Assembly: GCA_001179505.1 (NCBI GenBank)
Contig: CDMY01000649.1
Coordinates: 1 to 36,624 of the forward strand
DNA: 36,624 bases
Source: Vitrella brassicaformis CCMP3155
Lineage: Eukaryota; Protista; Chromerida
Direction of reading: 5' to 3'
Below, piece after piece: positions 34,301-36,624 of the stretch (positions are counted from its first letter, which is position 1; the number at the start of each line of letters is the position of its first letter). The notes under the pieces were generated by a model. That model worked only from the letters and a program-made list of their open reading frames with translations. It did not search any database and was not told the DNA's origin. The position numbers were made by a program, and so were the translations under genes.

Positions 34301-36411
34301 GTGAGGTCAAGCAAAGGAGACAGCAAAGCAGACACTCCCACGCACCATGCATACATGTTTGCATGTAAGCAGGATCGACAAGGAGACTTCTTCCGCCGAC
34401 GACAAATCCACATGCACCTCACGTAAGCAAACAGAAACACATCCATGAGTGGATGGGATGTGATGATTGATGTGTTGCAGCCCCCATGTCGATTGTGCCT
34501 TATGCTGACGAGCCCCTGAAGGTCACGGGCAGGCGGATCGACATAGAGGTGGAGCGGCGCTTCGACACTAGAGTGACGCGACACACGGCGGCCATCGTCA
34601 TACAGAGACACGTCATGTAAGTTCGCGCACACATTCATGAAGGCGGTTGAGGTGTGCCCAGCCCACACACGGGCATGTGTGTGTGGATGGGATGCAGCCC
34701 CTACCTGCAGCGGATTCGCATTGACCACTTCATCAAGATGCCCGCCATCGTACGCATCCAGAAAGCCATCCGCAGATATATCGGTCTGAACACTCAATCA
34801 TCGATGGCCCAACTCATTGCACAGTGTGTGTGTCTTTGTATGTGCTGTCTTTGTGCGAGCAGCAAGGCGTCGGATGGCGTGTCTGCGGCTGAACAGCCTG
34901 CTGTCGATGCTGCAGCCACTCGGCAGACAATACATACTCAGAAAACGGTTCCAGCGTCAGCAGCAGCAGCAGCCGCCGTCAGTGCCCGTGCCCCCTCCCC
35001 CGCCCCCTCCCTCCCCACTTGTCGTCATGAACAGGGCCGCAATACGCATACAGAGGTACATACAATCGACATGTCTCACATGTCTACCCACACACATTGA
35101 TGTGTTCTGCAATTGCAGCCACTACAGGGGTCATCTGACCAGAAGGCGAAGCAAACAGACCAGGGAGGCAATCGCACGACGGCGAGAAACACCCGACCCC
35201 CCTGTGGCCCCCTCCCTCTCACTCTCACCGCCCACCTCCCCCCGACCCCATACACACCATGCACACGCACGCCCATCGCCGGCTGTCTCGCCGCGTGTGC
35301 GGACGGCATACTCATACAAGCGGGTCCCTCGGCCGTCGCGCTATCGTGTCCCAATGAGCATCGCTTTGGAAAGCGACCACTCGAGTGTGTCTCCGGAAAG
35401 ATCACCCGAACGAAAAAGGTCATCCGTAGGGGGACACTCACCCACACGGAGAGGGAAAAAGGGGTTTCGGACAGCACACGTGTGTGTGTATGTGTGTGTA
35501 TGTGTGTGTACGCAGACGACCGTCGCGTGTCAGGATGTGTCTCGAGAGCGACTCTTCCCGAGACGTCTCGCGCCAGCCATCCCCTCTTCTCCTACGCCAA
35601 AGCAACGCGTACCCCGTGTCGATATGCAACAGCCCTGTTGCACTGTCACCCGTCCGCAACTCGCCCAAGAGCGTGAGGCGACGGTCGATTGTGGGCTGGC
35701 CTTATTTGGAGGGGCTCGAAGAGAAGGACTGGAAGCCGATTGTGTTGAGGGCCCATCAGGGGAGGGTGTATGTCAGCCCTAGGAAATGATTCTGTCTGTG
35801 TCTCTCGTGTGGCTGTGTGTGTTCGTCTACACTTGTTGCATCTGTGTGTTACCGATGCGTTGTTTGCTGCCAGGTGGCGATAGGAGCTGTGTGTTGGCGA
35901 ACGAGACATATGATTGGACCGGTTTCCTTTTTCTGTGCAAAGATGAAAATAGACAAAGCCACGTTGCACTTGAGAGGCAACACAGCCACAGCAACAGCCG
36001 CAGCCGCCGCTCTGTCGCTGTGTGTGTCACCGTTCGCCTGCAGGTATCCACACATGCTCGCAACAAGGCGAGAGACCTTCAAGTTGTGGAGGTGAGTAGC
36101 AGCGGAAAAACGTGGCCAGCGAATCCATAACGTGTCTGTCCGTTTTGTTTCTTCGATTCATCAGTCAGTTCTCCATTGCGCATATGCATATGTCTCTTTC
36201 AGTCGGTCTTTTTGTAACAGTGCATTGCATCGTGTCGTTCGGCCATCGTTCGGTGTCTTCATCTGCACTGAAGCTTGGTCAATTGGGCTGGTCCAAATGG
36301 ATGTGTCTCTGTCGGTTTCAGGGCTGGGAAGCTAGTCAATCCGCTAAAGCACGACCCCGAAGGAGTCCTTTTTGCCTGCAGCAAACAGCATGTCTCAATT
36401 TTAGGGCTTAG
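28363..36411 (+). CDS. TTLL3: Tubulin-tyrosine ligase-like protein, TTLL3/TTLL8 (tubulin monoglycylase) type, with C-terminal IQ motifs; many exons; stop at 36128-36130 or 36409-36411
   Basis: FNHFRGNRELTTKGGL...FFPTSYDL; RQDFLHCFRVSAA; FLTDTEWMALL; WPQMGLHGSMCTIWILKP; IIQKY/IERPLLVASGRKFDVRQW/VLVSSISPLTIY; YLRLCNLPF; FELYG/FDILIDEDLHPWLLEVNLSPA. IQ-like motifs AIVRIQKAIRRYIG (~34745-34790) and AAIRIQRY (~35035-35060). Confidence 0.88.
31249..31548. other. Assembly gap (300 N) inside a TTLL intron, followed by an 18-nt G run (31549-31566)
   Basis: N run seen directly; coding motifs on both sides follow the expected TTLL3 order. Confidence 0.95.
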
Positions 36412-36624
36412 GGTTTAGGGCTTAGAGCTTAGGGCTTAGGGTTTAGGGCTTAGGGTTTAGGGCTTAGGGTTTTAGGTTAAGGGTTAGGGTTTAGGGTTTA
36501 GGGTTTAGGGTTTAGGGTTTAGGGTTTAGGGTTTAGGGTTTAGGGTTTAGGGTTTAGGGTTTAGGGTTTAGGGTTTAGGGTTTAGGGTTTAGGGTTTAGG
36601 GTTTAGGGTTTAGGGTTTAGGGTT
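36400..36624 (+). repeat. Telomeric repeat array (TTTAGGG)n with proximal variant repeats
   Basis: 36400-36489 mixes TTTAGGG, CTTAGGG, CTTAGAG, TTTTAGG, TTAAGGG and TTAGGG. 36490-36624 is pure TTTAGGG. The G-rich strand points 3' toward the end of the window. Confidence 0.98.

Overview
Eukaryotic, GC-rich, intron-dense DNA ending in a TTTAGGG telomere, so this is a right chromosome end. Intron style and gene families suggest a chromerid alveolate such as Vitrella brassicaformis (inference). Gene models below were spliced by hand from GT/GC-AG sites and frame continuity. Left to right: (1) a large protein with six AP2-like modules built from duplicated phase-1 exons; (2) an unknown minus-strand gene; (3) three divergent members of one lineage-expanded protein superfamily, one split by an assembly overlap, one intronless, one frameshifted; (4) a paralog sharing gene 1's unknown N-terminal domain but ending in a SAM-like domain, probably spliced onward to tandem RBM5/10-like RRMs; (5) a WW-WW-RRM gene; (6) a Tudor-like plus SANT chromatin gene; (7) a TTLL3/8-type tubulin glycylase with IQ motifs whose probable last exon runs into the telomere. 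Many introns carry complementary simple repeats at opposite ends (AC...GT and similar), suggesting structured introns. There are two 300-N gaps. No tRNA, rRNA, CRISPR array or recognisable transposase was seen.
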